A DNA stretch of 64,000 bases from Vicinamibacterales bacterium (GTDB lineage Bacteria; Acidobacteriota; Vicinamibacteria; Vicinamibacterales; UBA2999), in the NCBI GenBank assembly GCA_035492455.1, contig DATJJE010000028.1:5982-69981 (forward strand). Direction: 5' to 3'. Positions 10,803 to 18,734 of this stretch are shown piece by piece. How positions within the stretch are numbered: the stretch's first letter is position 1; each line of letters opens with the position of its first letter. The position numbers and the translations under genes are program-made. The notes under the pieces were generated by a model that did no database searches, was not told the origin of the DNA, and saw nothing but the letters and a program-made list of their open reading frames with translations.

Positions 10803-11108
10803 ATGGAGTTCCAGGATAAGGCCCTGAGGTGTGTGGACTGCGGGTCAGATTTCATCTGGACGGCCGGTGAACAGCTCTTCTTCGCCGACAAGCAGTTCAA
10901 GAACGAGCCGAAGCGCTGTAAGGCGTGCAAGGCAAAGCGAGCGAACCGGGTGAGCGCGGGTCCCTCGATGCAAAGTCGCGTCGAGACTCAGACGACGTGC
11001 TCGGCGTGTGGGAAGGAAACCACCGTGCCCTTCCGGCCCACGCAGGGCAGACCGGTCTTCTGCAAGGAGTGCTTCCAGCAACGGAAGTTCGCGGGCGCCG
11101 GCGGCTAA
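10803..11108 (+). CDS. Zinc-ribbon protein with CxxC-x17-CxxC domain
   Basis: 101 aa with CVDC...CKAC followed by CSAC-17 residues-CKEC. Matches the CxxC-x17-CxxC family pattern. Confidence 0.75.
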   Translation: MEFQDKALRCVDCGSDFIWTAGEQLFFADKQFKNEPKRCKACKAKRANRVSAGPSMQSRVETQTTCSACGKETTVPFRPTQGRPVFCKECFQQRKFAGAGG

Positions 11109-11123
11109 CCACCTTACCTCGAA

Positions 11124-11215
11124 GGCGGGAAAGGCCGGAAAGGCGGCAGGGGCGGGACGCGTCGTGAGCCTCGTTCTACCCTCCTGCCCTTCCAGCCTAT
11201 CCTGCCCATCTAGCC
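11124..11215. repeat. Imperfect long hairpin with arms made of tandem 9-nt repeats (GGCGGGAAA-like / nnTCCTGCC-like)
   Basis: Left arm is GGCGGGAAA GGCCGGAAA GGCGGCAGG GGCGGGA. Right arm is CCTCCTGCC CTTCCAGCC TATCCTGCC CATCTAGCC. Three 6-bp blocks pair in register (some G:U) and are separated by 3-nt internal loops. Confidence 0.6.
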
Positions 11216-11233
11216 TTATATAATCGGAGCACC

Positions 11234-11584
11234 ATGCAGATCGAAGAACGATCCGCGGGCGACGTTATCGTCCTGGATCTAAAGGGCAAGATGACGCTCG
11301 GCGAAGGCGACGAGCTGTTGAAGGACAAGATCAACAGCCTGCTGCAGCAGGGCCACAAGAAGGTCATCCTGAACCTCGAAGAAGTTCCGTACATCGACAG
11401 CGCAGGCCTCGGCGAGATCGTCCGCACGTATACGACGATCAGCCGGCAGGGCGGCAGCCTGAAGTTGCTCAACCTGACCAAGCGGATCACGGACCTGTTG
11501 TCGATCACGAAGCTGCTGACGGTGTTCGAGACGTACGAAAACGAGGCGGACGCGGTCCGCAGCTTCTCCTCCGCGAGGGTGTAA
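11234..11584 (+). CDS. STAS-domain anti-sigma-factor antagonist
   Basis: 116 aa, SpoIIAA-like pattern (VLDLKGKMT...LNLEEVPYIDSAGLGEIV). Confidence 0.85.
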   Translation: MQIEERSAGDVIVLDLKGKMTLGEGDELLKDKINSLLQQGHKKVILNLEEVPYIDSAGLGEIVRTYTTISRQGGSLKLLNLTKRITDLLSITKLLTVFETYENEADAVRSFSSARV

Positions 11585-11617
11585 ACGGCGCAACTCGACG
11601 TCGCGCCGGAAAGGGCC

Positions 11618-12514
11618 ATGAAGGCCCCCTCGACCCCGGGGCTGCTGCTCGTCTCGCTGCGGCCCGAACAGTGGACCAAGAACCTGCTCGTGCTGGCCGG
11701 CATTGTCTTCGGCGGCCGCTTGCTCGAACCCTCCGCCGATACGTTGGCGCTGGTGGCGTTCGCCGTTTTTTGTGCGCTGTCCGGCGCGGTCTACCTGTTC
11801 AACGACATCGCGGATCGCGAAGCGGATCGGAGACACCCCCTGAAGCGTGAGCGGCCGATCGCGTCGGGACAGCTCTCGGTGTCGGCGGCTGCCGCAGCAG
11901 GAGGGATTCTCGGCGTAGCGGGTGTGGGGGCGGCGTTTGCGGTCGGCACAACCTTCGGGATCGTCGCGGCGACATACCTCGCGTCGCTGCTGCTCTACTC
12001 GGTGGCGCTGAAGCACGTCGTCATCGTCGATGTGCTGATGATTGCGGGCGGGTTCGTACTGCGGGCCGTAGGTGGCGCGGTGGCGGTGGACGTGCCGATT
12101 GGCCACTGGCTGCTGGTCTGCACGACGCTGCTGGCACTCTTTCTCGCCCTCAGCAAACGCCGTCACGAGCTCGTGGTGCTGGCGGACGGGGCGACGGATC
12201 ACCGGCGGATTCTCGAGGAGTATTCGCCGTATCTGCTGGATCAGATGATTGGAGTCGTCACGTCATCGACGCTGATCGCGTACACCGTCTACGCCACCAG
12301 CCCGGATACCGCGGCGAGGCTTGGGACGGGGAAGCTCGGCCTGACGATTCCTTTTGTTCTCTACGGGATATTCCGATATCTCTATCTGGTGCACCAGAAG
12401 CGCGGCGGCGGCAGTCCGGCCGCAATGCTGTTGACCGACCGCCCGCTGCTGGGCTGTGTGGCGCTGTGGGCGGCCAGCGTCATTGCTCTGATGTATACGC
12501 CGCTGGGTAAATGA
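11618..12514 (+). CDS. UbiA-family prenyl-phosphate phosphoribosyltransferase (decaprenyl-phosphate phosphoribosyltransferase homologue)
   Basis: 298 aa polytopic membrane protein. RPEQWTKNLLVLAG and NDIADREADRRHPLKRERPIASG align along the whole length with my recollection of M. tuberculosis UbiA/Rv3806c. Confidence 0.8.
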   Translation: MKAPSTPGLLLVSLRPEQWTKNLLVLAGIVFGGRLLEPSADTLALVAFAVFCALSGAVYLFNDIADREADRRHPLKRERPIASGQLSVSAAAAAGGILGVAGVGAAFAVGTTFGIVAATYLASLLLYSVALKHVVIVDVLMIAGGFVLRAVGGAVAVDVPIGHWLLVCTTLLALFLALSKRRHELVVLADGATDHRRILEEYSPYLLDQMIGVVTSSTLIAYTVYATSPDTAARLGTGKLGLTIPFVLYGIFRYLYLVHQKRGGGSPAAMLLTDRPLLGCVALWAASVIALMYTPLGK

Positions 12515-13645
12515 ATGACTCCAGTAACAACGATTGAAGCGCCCTCCGCACCGCAGACCGCGCAGCACGCGCGGACCGCAAGGGTGGCGGTGGTGCGGAC
12601 GCGGCCGGAGACCGTTCTCGCGGATTACGGGCGGGTTATGGACCTCGCGGGGTACCGCGACACGCTGTCGCGCGACCGCGACACGCTCATCAAGCTGAAT
12701 CTCTCGTGGACGAAATACTTCCCGTCGTGCTCCTCGCAACCGTGGCAAGTCGACGGCGTCGTCGGCAAGATGCTGGCGGATGGCTATTCACCTCACCGCC
12801 TCATCCCGATTGAGAACAAAACGGTCGTTACCAATCCGCGTAAAGGATGTCGTAACAACCGCTGGGAACCGGTGCTGCAGAAGCACGGGCTCACCTTTCA
12901 GCCGCTGACGGAAGTCGAGTGGCAGGTCTACCGGTTCAAGAGCCCGTTGCTCAAGCTCAATCAAATCTTTCCGGAGGGTATTCAGATCCCCGCGATCTAT
13001 CCGGGCCGTCAGATCCTTCATCTGCCGACGGTGAAGACACACGGCCACGCGGTCATGACGGGATCGGTGAAGAACTCCTTTGGAGGCCTACTTCGCGAAG
13101 TGCGGCACTACGCGCACAAGCACATGCATGAAGTGCTGGTAGATCTTCTCTATATGCAGCGCGAGCTGCATCCGGCAGTCTTCACGGTCATGGACGGCAC
13201 GGTCGCCGGTGACGGTGCGGGGCCGCGGACGATGATTCCGCGGATTAAGAACTTGATCCTCGCCGCTTCCGACTCGGTCGCGATCGATTCCGTCGCCGCG
13301 AAGCTGATGGGATTCGAGCCGATGTCGATTCCGTTCCTGCGCATGGCGCACGAGCGTGGCCTCGGCATCGCGGATCCGAAGCAGATCGAGCTGGTCGGCG
13401 ACGACGTGTCGACAGAAAATTTCGGCTTTACGACGAAGAAATCACTCGTCATCTGGGGTGACCAGATGATCCGCAAGGGCTTCCTCCGTCCGCTCGAGCG
13501 CATTCTCCTGCACTCGCCGTTGATGGTCTGGGCACCGTTCGCCTCGAACGTGTACCACGACGCGGTGTGGTATCCGACGATTGGCCAGGCGCGCATCCGC
13601 GAGTTCATGAATACGGAGTGGGGAAAGCTCTTCAGAAAGTACTGA
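12515..13645 (+). CDS. DUF362 domain-containing protein
   Basis: 376 aa with the DUF362 landmarks LIKLNL..., PTVKTHGHAVMTGSVKNSFGG, VMDGTVAGDGAGP and ASDSVAIDSVAAKLMG. The ATG directly follows the preceding TGA. Confidence 0.8.
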   Translation: MTPVTTIEAPSAPQTAQHARTARVAVVRTRPETVLADYGRVMDLAGYRDTLSRDRDTLIKLNLSWTKYFPSCSSQPWQVDGVVGKMLADGYSPHRLIPIENKTVVTNPRKGCRNNRWEPVLQKHGLTFQPLTEVEWQVYRFKSPLLKLNQIFPEGIQIPAIYPGRQILHLPTVKTHGHAVMTGSVKNSFGGLLREVRHYAHKHMHEVLVDLLYMQRELHPAVFTVMDGTVAGDGAGPRTMIPRIKNLILAASDSVAIDSVAAKLMGFEPMSIPFLRMAHERGLGIADPKQIELVGDDVSTENFGFTTKKSLVIWGDQMIRKGFLRPLERILLHSPLMVWAPFASNVYHDAVWYPTIGQARIREFMNTEWGKLFRKY

Positions 13646-13648
13646 GGC

Positions 13649-14734
13649 GTGGCGATGGATCATAATCAGGGGCGCCGCGGTCATTTCCACCGCGGGCGCC
13701 GCGGCCCCGATCGGCGCGGGCCCGATCGGAGGCAGGGTCCACCTCCCGAACAGGCGAATCGCGTCGAGCGTGTAGAGCGCGTCGACGTCGAGCAGATCAT
13801 GCGCGAGATTCGCTCGCGCATCGCGCAGCGCAGCGGCGTTGATCTCTCGAACCAGCAGATTCACGAGCTGGCAGCACGCCGGCTCGAGGCAATTCTGGAT
13901 CCGCGTGGCCTGAAGCCGGAGCTGCTCGAACAGCTGCGACGCAGTGCCGGCGAACGTACGGTCGCTGTCGACGCAGCGCCCCCGAGTGGGGCCGAATCGT
14001 ACCCGTTCGACGAAGCGACTCTCTACGATTCGCCGAACGGCTTCCTCCGCTTCCTTCGCAAGCTGTTCAATCCGATTCTCCGGATGCTGTTCAACCCGAC
14101 GCCGATCGCGGCAGCGCTGGCCAAGCAGTCGCGGCTCAACGCCGAGCTGCTGTCGCGCGAGGCGGAGCGCGATCGAAGGCAGGCGGAATGGAACGCGCTG
14201 CATTACGAAGTCCTGCAGCGGCTTGCGCTCGAAGTATCCCGGGCGAGCCTCGAGTCACAGAGCCTCTCCTTGCGCGTTGAATCACTGGCGGCGAAGGTCG
14301 ATTTCAACGAGCGGCGCGTGCGCACGATGGAAGGAACGCAGCTGCAAGCGCGTCCGCAGCGGCTCCAGGAGAGCGGGCCGAGCGCGGCGGTCGCTGCCCC
14401 AACGCCGAGCACCGATGGTGCGCCGCAGGCGCAGCCGGAAGGTCAATCAGAAGCGCCCCGCCGCCGGCGGCGTCGCCGCCGCGGACGACGTGGTCCGGGA
14501 ATGGGCGTACCTGCCACCACCGGCATCGCGGACGCGACATCATCACCGGCAAGCGATGCGGCCGTCGAGGTCGAAGAAGGCGACAATGACACGGACGAAG
14601 CATTTGAAGAGGAAGTGAGCGCCGACCGCGTCGAGCACCACGAGGACGTAATCGCGTCGTCGCCATCGCCGGCGTCGGAAACCGCGCCGGAACCACTCCA
14701 CACCGACGAACCCGGTCCTCCTCGAGAGGAATGA
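13649..14734 (+). CDS. Hypothetical protein, Arg-rich termini plus central coiled coil
   Basis: 361 aa. N-terminus has RRGPDRRGPDRR and the C-terminal part has RRRRRRRGRRG followed by an acidic tail. The central region is heptad-like (AELLSREAERDRRQAEWNALHYEVLQRLALE...). ATGA overlap with the next gene supports expression within the operon. Confidence 0.55.
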   Translation: MAMDHNQGRRGHFHRGRRGPDRRGPDRRQGPPPEQANRVERVERVDVEQIMREIRSRIAQRSGVDLSNQQIHELAARRLEAILDPRGLKPELLEQLRRSAGERTVAVDAAPPSGAESYPFDEATLYDSPNGFLRFLRKLFNPILRMLFNPTPIAAALAKQSRLNAELLSREAERDRRQAEWNALHYEVLQRLALEVSRASLESQSLSLRVESLAAKVDFNERRVRTMEGTQLQARPQRLQESGPSAAVAAPTPSTDGAPQAQPEGQSEAPRRRRRRRRGRRGPGMGVPATTGIADATSSPASDAAVEVEEGDNDTDEAFEEEVSADRVEHHEDVIASSPSPASETAPEPLHTDEPGPPREE

Positions 14735-16020
14735 AACTCGCGATCGTTGTGCAGCGATACGGCGCCGACATCAACGGCGGCGCCGAGCTGCACGCGAGGT
14801 ACATTGCCGAACACCTCGCCCGCCACGCCGAGGTACGCGTGCTGACGACGTGCGCGCGCGACTACGTGACATGGCGCAACGAGTACCCGCCCGGCATCGA
14901 TTCCGTGAACGGCGTCGCCGTCGAACGGTTCCCTGTCGACCACGAGCGCGACGCGGCAGAATTCGGCCTGCGCTCCGATCACGTCTTCTATCGTCGGCAT
15001 TCGTTGAACGAGGAGCTCGAGTGGCTGGACAGCGAGGGACCGGCCAGCTCCGCGCTGATTGCCCGTGTCCGGAGGAACGTAAGCGAATTCGACTACACGC
15101 TGCTGTTCTGCGCGCGCTATTACCACGCCTATCATGCCGCTCGCGCGGTACCCGGCCGTGCCGTCCTCGTTCCAACGATAGAGCGCGACCCTGCGCTCGG
15201 CTTGGCCATGTTCGGCGCGATTTTTCGGGGTGTCCGGGGCATCATGTACAACTCACACGAGGAGCAGGCGCTCATCCGCGCCGCATCCTCGAATGCACAC
15301 GTGCCCGGGGTGGTCGTCGGCATCGGTTCGGAGATTCCACCTTCGGTCGATCCTGCACGCGCCAAATCGAAGTTCGGTCTCCGCAGCCCGTACGTGGTGT
15401 ATGTCGGCCGGATTGATGCGAACAAAGGGTGCGCGGAGCTGTTCGATTTCTTCATCCGCTACGGCGCCGAGCGACCGGACGCGCCCACGCTCGTGCTCAT
15501 CGGCAACGCCGTGCTCGACATTCCAAGTCACCCACGTATCCAGCACCTCGGCTTCGTTGATGACCAGGACAAGTTCGACGTCGTTGCAGGCGCCGCCGCG
15601 CTGCTCATGCCGTCGTACTATGAGAGTTTGTCGATGGTCGCGCTCGAGGCGTGGGCGCTTGGCACGCCGGTCATTGCTAACGCCCGGTGCGATGTGCTGC
15701 TCGGACAATGCCTGCGCAGCAACGCGGGGCTGTACTACGCGAACGCATCGGAGTTCGCCGCCGTCCTCGACCAGGTGCTGGACGATCGTGCGATGGCGGA
15801 CCAGCTCGGACGGAATGGTCGGCGATTCTACGAGGAGAACTACAGCTGGTCGATCGTCGAGCAAAAGTACCTGGACATGTTCTCGCTGCTGTCGTCGAAT
15901 CGGCCTTCGCACCGCATGGAAAAGCTGCCCGGGTGGCTCGCACGCAGGCAGCGATCGCTGCGGCCGGCAGCGCAGGTGCTCGATGAACTGCCGTCCGGGC
16001 CAATAGGAGCTGTCGCGTGA
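14731..16020 (+). CDS. Glycosyltransferase, GT4 (group 1) family
   Basis: 429 aa, GT-B fold with the E-x7-E region (PSYYESLSMVALEAWALGTPVIA). Confidence 0.88.
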   Translation: MKLAIVVQRYGADINGGAELHARYIAEHLARHAEVRVLTTCARDYVTWRNEYPPGIDSVNGVAVERFPVDHERDAAEFGLRSDHVFYRRHSLNEELEWLDSEGPASSALIARVRRNVSEFDYTLLFCARYYHAYHAARAVPGRAVLVPTIERDPALGLAMFGAIFRGVRGIMYNSHEEQALIRAASSNAHVPGVVVGIGSEIPPSVDPARAKSKFGLRSPYVVYVGRIDANKGCAELFDFFIRYGAERPDAPTLVLIGNAVLDIPSHPRIQHLGFVDDQDKFDVVAGAAALLMPSYYESLSMVALEAWALGTPVIANARCDVLLGQCLRSNAGLYYANASEFAAVLDQVLDDRAMADQLGRNGRRFYEENYSWSIVEQKYLDMFSLLSSNRPSHRMEKLPGWLARRQRSLRPAAQVLDELPSGPIGAVA

Positions 16021-17294
16021 AGCTTGCGTTGATCGCACCTCGCTATGGCGGCGAGATCACGACCAGCGCCGAACTGGCGTGCCGCCTGCTCGCGGAGCAA
16101 CTCAGTCTGCGTCACGACGTCGAGGTGCTGACGACGGCAGCGCGCGACAGTCGCACCTGGAAGAACGATTACAGCGAAGGCTCGGATCGCATCCGTGGTG
16201 TGCTGGTGCGCCGATTCGCAGTGAACCAGCCTCACGATGCAAACGGCTTCCGGCAGTTCACGGATCGAATCCTGAGCGGGCCGCGCTCGCGCAGCGAGGA
16301 GATGGAGTGGGTCCGTCGCCTCGGACCATCGGCTCCCGGTCTCATCGAGCATCTGAAGCGACAGCAGCGCTCGTATGACGCGCTGGTGTTCTTTTCACTG
16401 CGGCACTGGACCACCGTTCACGGAATGGCCGTCGCGCCCGAGCGCAGCATCCTGGTGCCATGTCTGCGCCTGAGTCCGATCCTTCGATTCGGATTGTGGC
16501 CCGAGCTCGTCAACGCTGCCCGCGCCGTGGGACTGGTGTCGAGCGCCGAGCGAAAACTGCTTCACGGCTATCTCGGTGTCGCAGCGCCACACGAAGAGCT
16601 CGTTGGCGTGGGCATTGACCCTTCTCATCGACAGGCATACCCGCGGCACCAGCAGGATCCAGCCGACGAGCCCGCGACCGACGAGGAGCTTGCAACAGCA
16701 GGCATTGATACGGCGCAGGATGAAGACGACCGCGCCGATCGCGGCCTTCCATTCCGCCGTCGTCATCGCTTGTACGGACCAATCGTCCTCTATGGCGGCC
16801 GCGTCGAACCGGACAACGGCTGCGAAGAGATGCTCGAGTACTTCGACAGCTACGCATCGACCGATGGCGACACGGCGCTCGTACTGATGGGCGTGAAGAT
16901 GATGAAAGTTCCCGACGCGCCGTACCTGCGCCAGGCTGGCGTGCTGCCGGATCGCGAGCGCATGGTGGCGTACGAAGCCGCTGATGTGACGCTGGCGCCA
17001 GCCTCGGACGATCCGCTGGCGTTGTGCGTTCTGGAAAGTCTTGCTGTCGGCACGCCGGTACTGGCGAGCGCCCGCAACGACGCGGCCGTCGAACATTGCC
17101 GGCGCGCCGGCGCCGGTCTGTATTACCGCAACCGCGATGAATTCGTCGAGGCGCTGCGCACGCTCATGACTCGCAGCAAGCTGCGCGAGCAGTTTGGCGA
17201 GGCGGGACGTCAGTACATCCGGCAGTACTACCGCTGGGATGCGGTGTTAGGACGATTTGAGCGACTCGTCACCTTGGTACGTGGCCGCGCTTGA
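16017..17294 (+). CDS. Glycosyltransferase, GT4 (group 1) family
   Basis: 425 aa, GTG start overlapping the previous stop (GTGA). C-terminal GT-B region (CVLESLAVGTPVLAS). Confidence 0.82.
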   Translation: MKLALIAPRYGGEITTSAELACRLLAEQLSLRHDVEVLTTAARDSRTWKNDYSEGSDRIRGVLVRRFAVNQPHDANGFRQFTDRILSGPRSRSEEMEWVRRLGPSAPGLIEHLKRQQRSYDALVFFSLRHWTTVHGMAVAPERSILVPCLRLSPILRFGLWPELVNAARAVGLVSSAERKLLHGYLGVAAPHEELVGVGIDPSHRQAYPRHQQDPADEPATDEELATAGIDTAQDEDDRADRGLPFRRRHRLYGPIVLYGGRVEPDNGCEEMLEYFDSYASTDGDTALVLMGVKMMKVPDAPYLRQAGVLPDRERMVAYEAADVTLAPASDDPLALCVLESLAVGTPVLASARNDAAVEHCRRAGAGLYYRNRDEFVEALRTLMTRSKLREQFGEAGRQYIRQYYRWDAVLGRFERLVTLVRGRA

Positions 17295-18716
17295 CGCGCT
17301 CTCCTCTTCGTCAACGCCGCTTGCCTTCCTGCCGCGGCGGACGCCAATCTCGTAGCGCTTGATCATCTCGTTCAGCGTCGTTGGCTTGATGCCGAGCAGT
17401 TCGGCCGCGCGCTTCTGCACACCGCCAGCCGCTTCGAGCGTCGATTCAATCAGCCGCTTCTCCACGCTGGTGATCACGTCCTTGAACGAGATCCCCTCGG
17501 GCGGTACGACAAACTTGGGGATCTGAAACGCCGGCGCGGTGCGTACGTGGTCGGGAATCAGGTCGGTTCCGACCCGCGGCACCGTAGCGAGAACAACGGC
17601 ACGCTCCATTACGTTCTCGAGCTCGCGCACATTGCCCGGCCAGTGGTAGTCCATGAGCAAGTCGAGCGCTTCGGACGTCAGCTCGAGACCGCGCTTGTTG
17701 TTCTCCTCCCCGTACTTCGCGAGGAAGTGCTGCGCGAGCACCGGGATGTCCTCCTTGCGCTGCCGAAGAGGCGGCAAGTAGATGTTGATGACGTGCAGCC
17801 GGTAATAGAGGTCCTCGCGGAACTTGCCGGCCTCCCTCATCTGTTTCAGGTCGCAGTTGGTCGCCGCGATGATGCGAACGTCGACCTTGATCGTCTCCAT
17901 GCCGCCGAGCCGCATGAACTCGCGTTCCTGGATAACTCGCAACAGCTTTGCCTGCGTCTCGAGCGGGATGTTTCCGATCTCGTCGAAGAAGATCGTCCCC
18001 TTGTCCGCCATGTCGCAGAGACCCTTCTTCGGGTACACCGCGCCGGTGAACGCACCTTTGACATGACCGAACAGCGTTGACTCCAGCAGTTCCGGAGGCA
18101 GGTTGCCGGAGTTCACGGTCACAAATGCCTTATCCGGTCGCGACGAGTGGGTGTGGATGGCGCGGGCGACCAGCTCCTTACCGGTGCCGCTTTCACCGGT
18201 GATCAGCATCGTGGAGCGGCTCGGCGCCGCCTGAATGATCAGGTCGAATACCTGCTTCATCTTCGGGCTGCGGCCGATGATGCCGGCGAAGTTGTGTGTC
18301 TGCGCCTGCAGGTTCTGCTTGAGCGCCGTGTTCTCGGCGATCAGCTGGCGCCGCTCGACGGCATTGCGGATAACGACCAGGACCTCGTCGTTCTTGAACG
18401 GCTTGGTGATGTAGTCGAACGCGCCGCGCTTCATCGCCGTGATCGCGTTCTCAACGGACGCGAACGCGGTGATCATGATCACCGGCAAGTCGTCGTCGAG
18501 CTTCTTCAACTCCTCGAGCACGGCCATACCATCCATGCCCGGCATCATGACGTCGACGATCACCGCATCGAACGGCACGGACCTCGCCAGCTCGACGCCT
18601 TCGGCGCCGCTCGCCGCCGTGCGCACGGAATAGCCTTCCCTCGAGAGGAGCGTCTCGAGGATCTCCCGCATGATCTCTTCGTCGTCGATGATGAGGATGG
18701 AGGTAGTGCGCGCCAT
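17247..18716 (-). CDS. Sigma-54-dependent response regulator (NtrC family)
   Basis: 489 aa with a receiver domain (ILIIDDEE...VIVDVMMPGMDG), an AAA+ Walker A (GESGTGKE), a GAFTGA loop (GAFTGAV) and a C-terminal Fis-type HTH. Confidence 0.93.
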   Translation of the reverse strand: MARTTSILIIDDEEIMREILETLLSREGYSVRTAASGAEGVELARSVPFDAVIVDVMMPGMDGMAVLEELKKLDDDLPVIMITAFASVENAITAMKRGAFDYITKPFKNDEVLVVIRNAVERRQLIAENTALKQNLQAQTHNFAGIIGRSPKMKQVFDLIIQAAPSRSTMLITGESGTGKELVARAIHTHSSRPDKAFVTVNSGNLPPELLESTLFGHVKGAFTGAVYPKKGLCDMADKGTIFFDEIGNIPLETQAKLLRVIQEREFMRLGGMETIKVDVRIIAATNCDLKQMREAGKFREDLYYRLHVINIYLPPLRQRKEDIPVLAQHFLAKYGEENNKRGLELTSEALDLLMDYHWPGNVRELENVMERAVVLATVPRVGTDLIPDHVRTAPAFQIPKFVVPPEGISFKDVITSVEKRLIESTLEAAGGVQKRAAELLGIKPTTLNEMIKRYEIGVRRGRKASGVDEEESASSAATYQGDESLKSS

Positions 18717-18734
18717 GTCGCGGACTTCTGAAGA

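Noticed and set aside
15659-15677. TGGCAC...TTGC sigma-54-like sequence (TGGCACGCCGGTCATTGCT)
   Set aside because: The GG-to-GC spacing is 3 nt too long for a -24/-12 promoter, and the site is inside the GT4 coding region.
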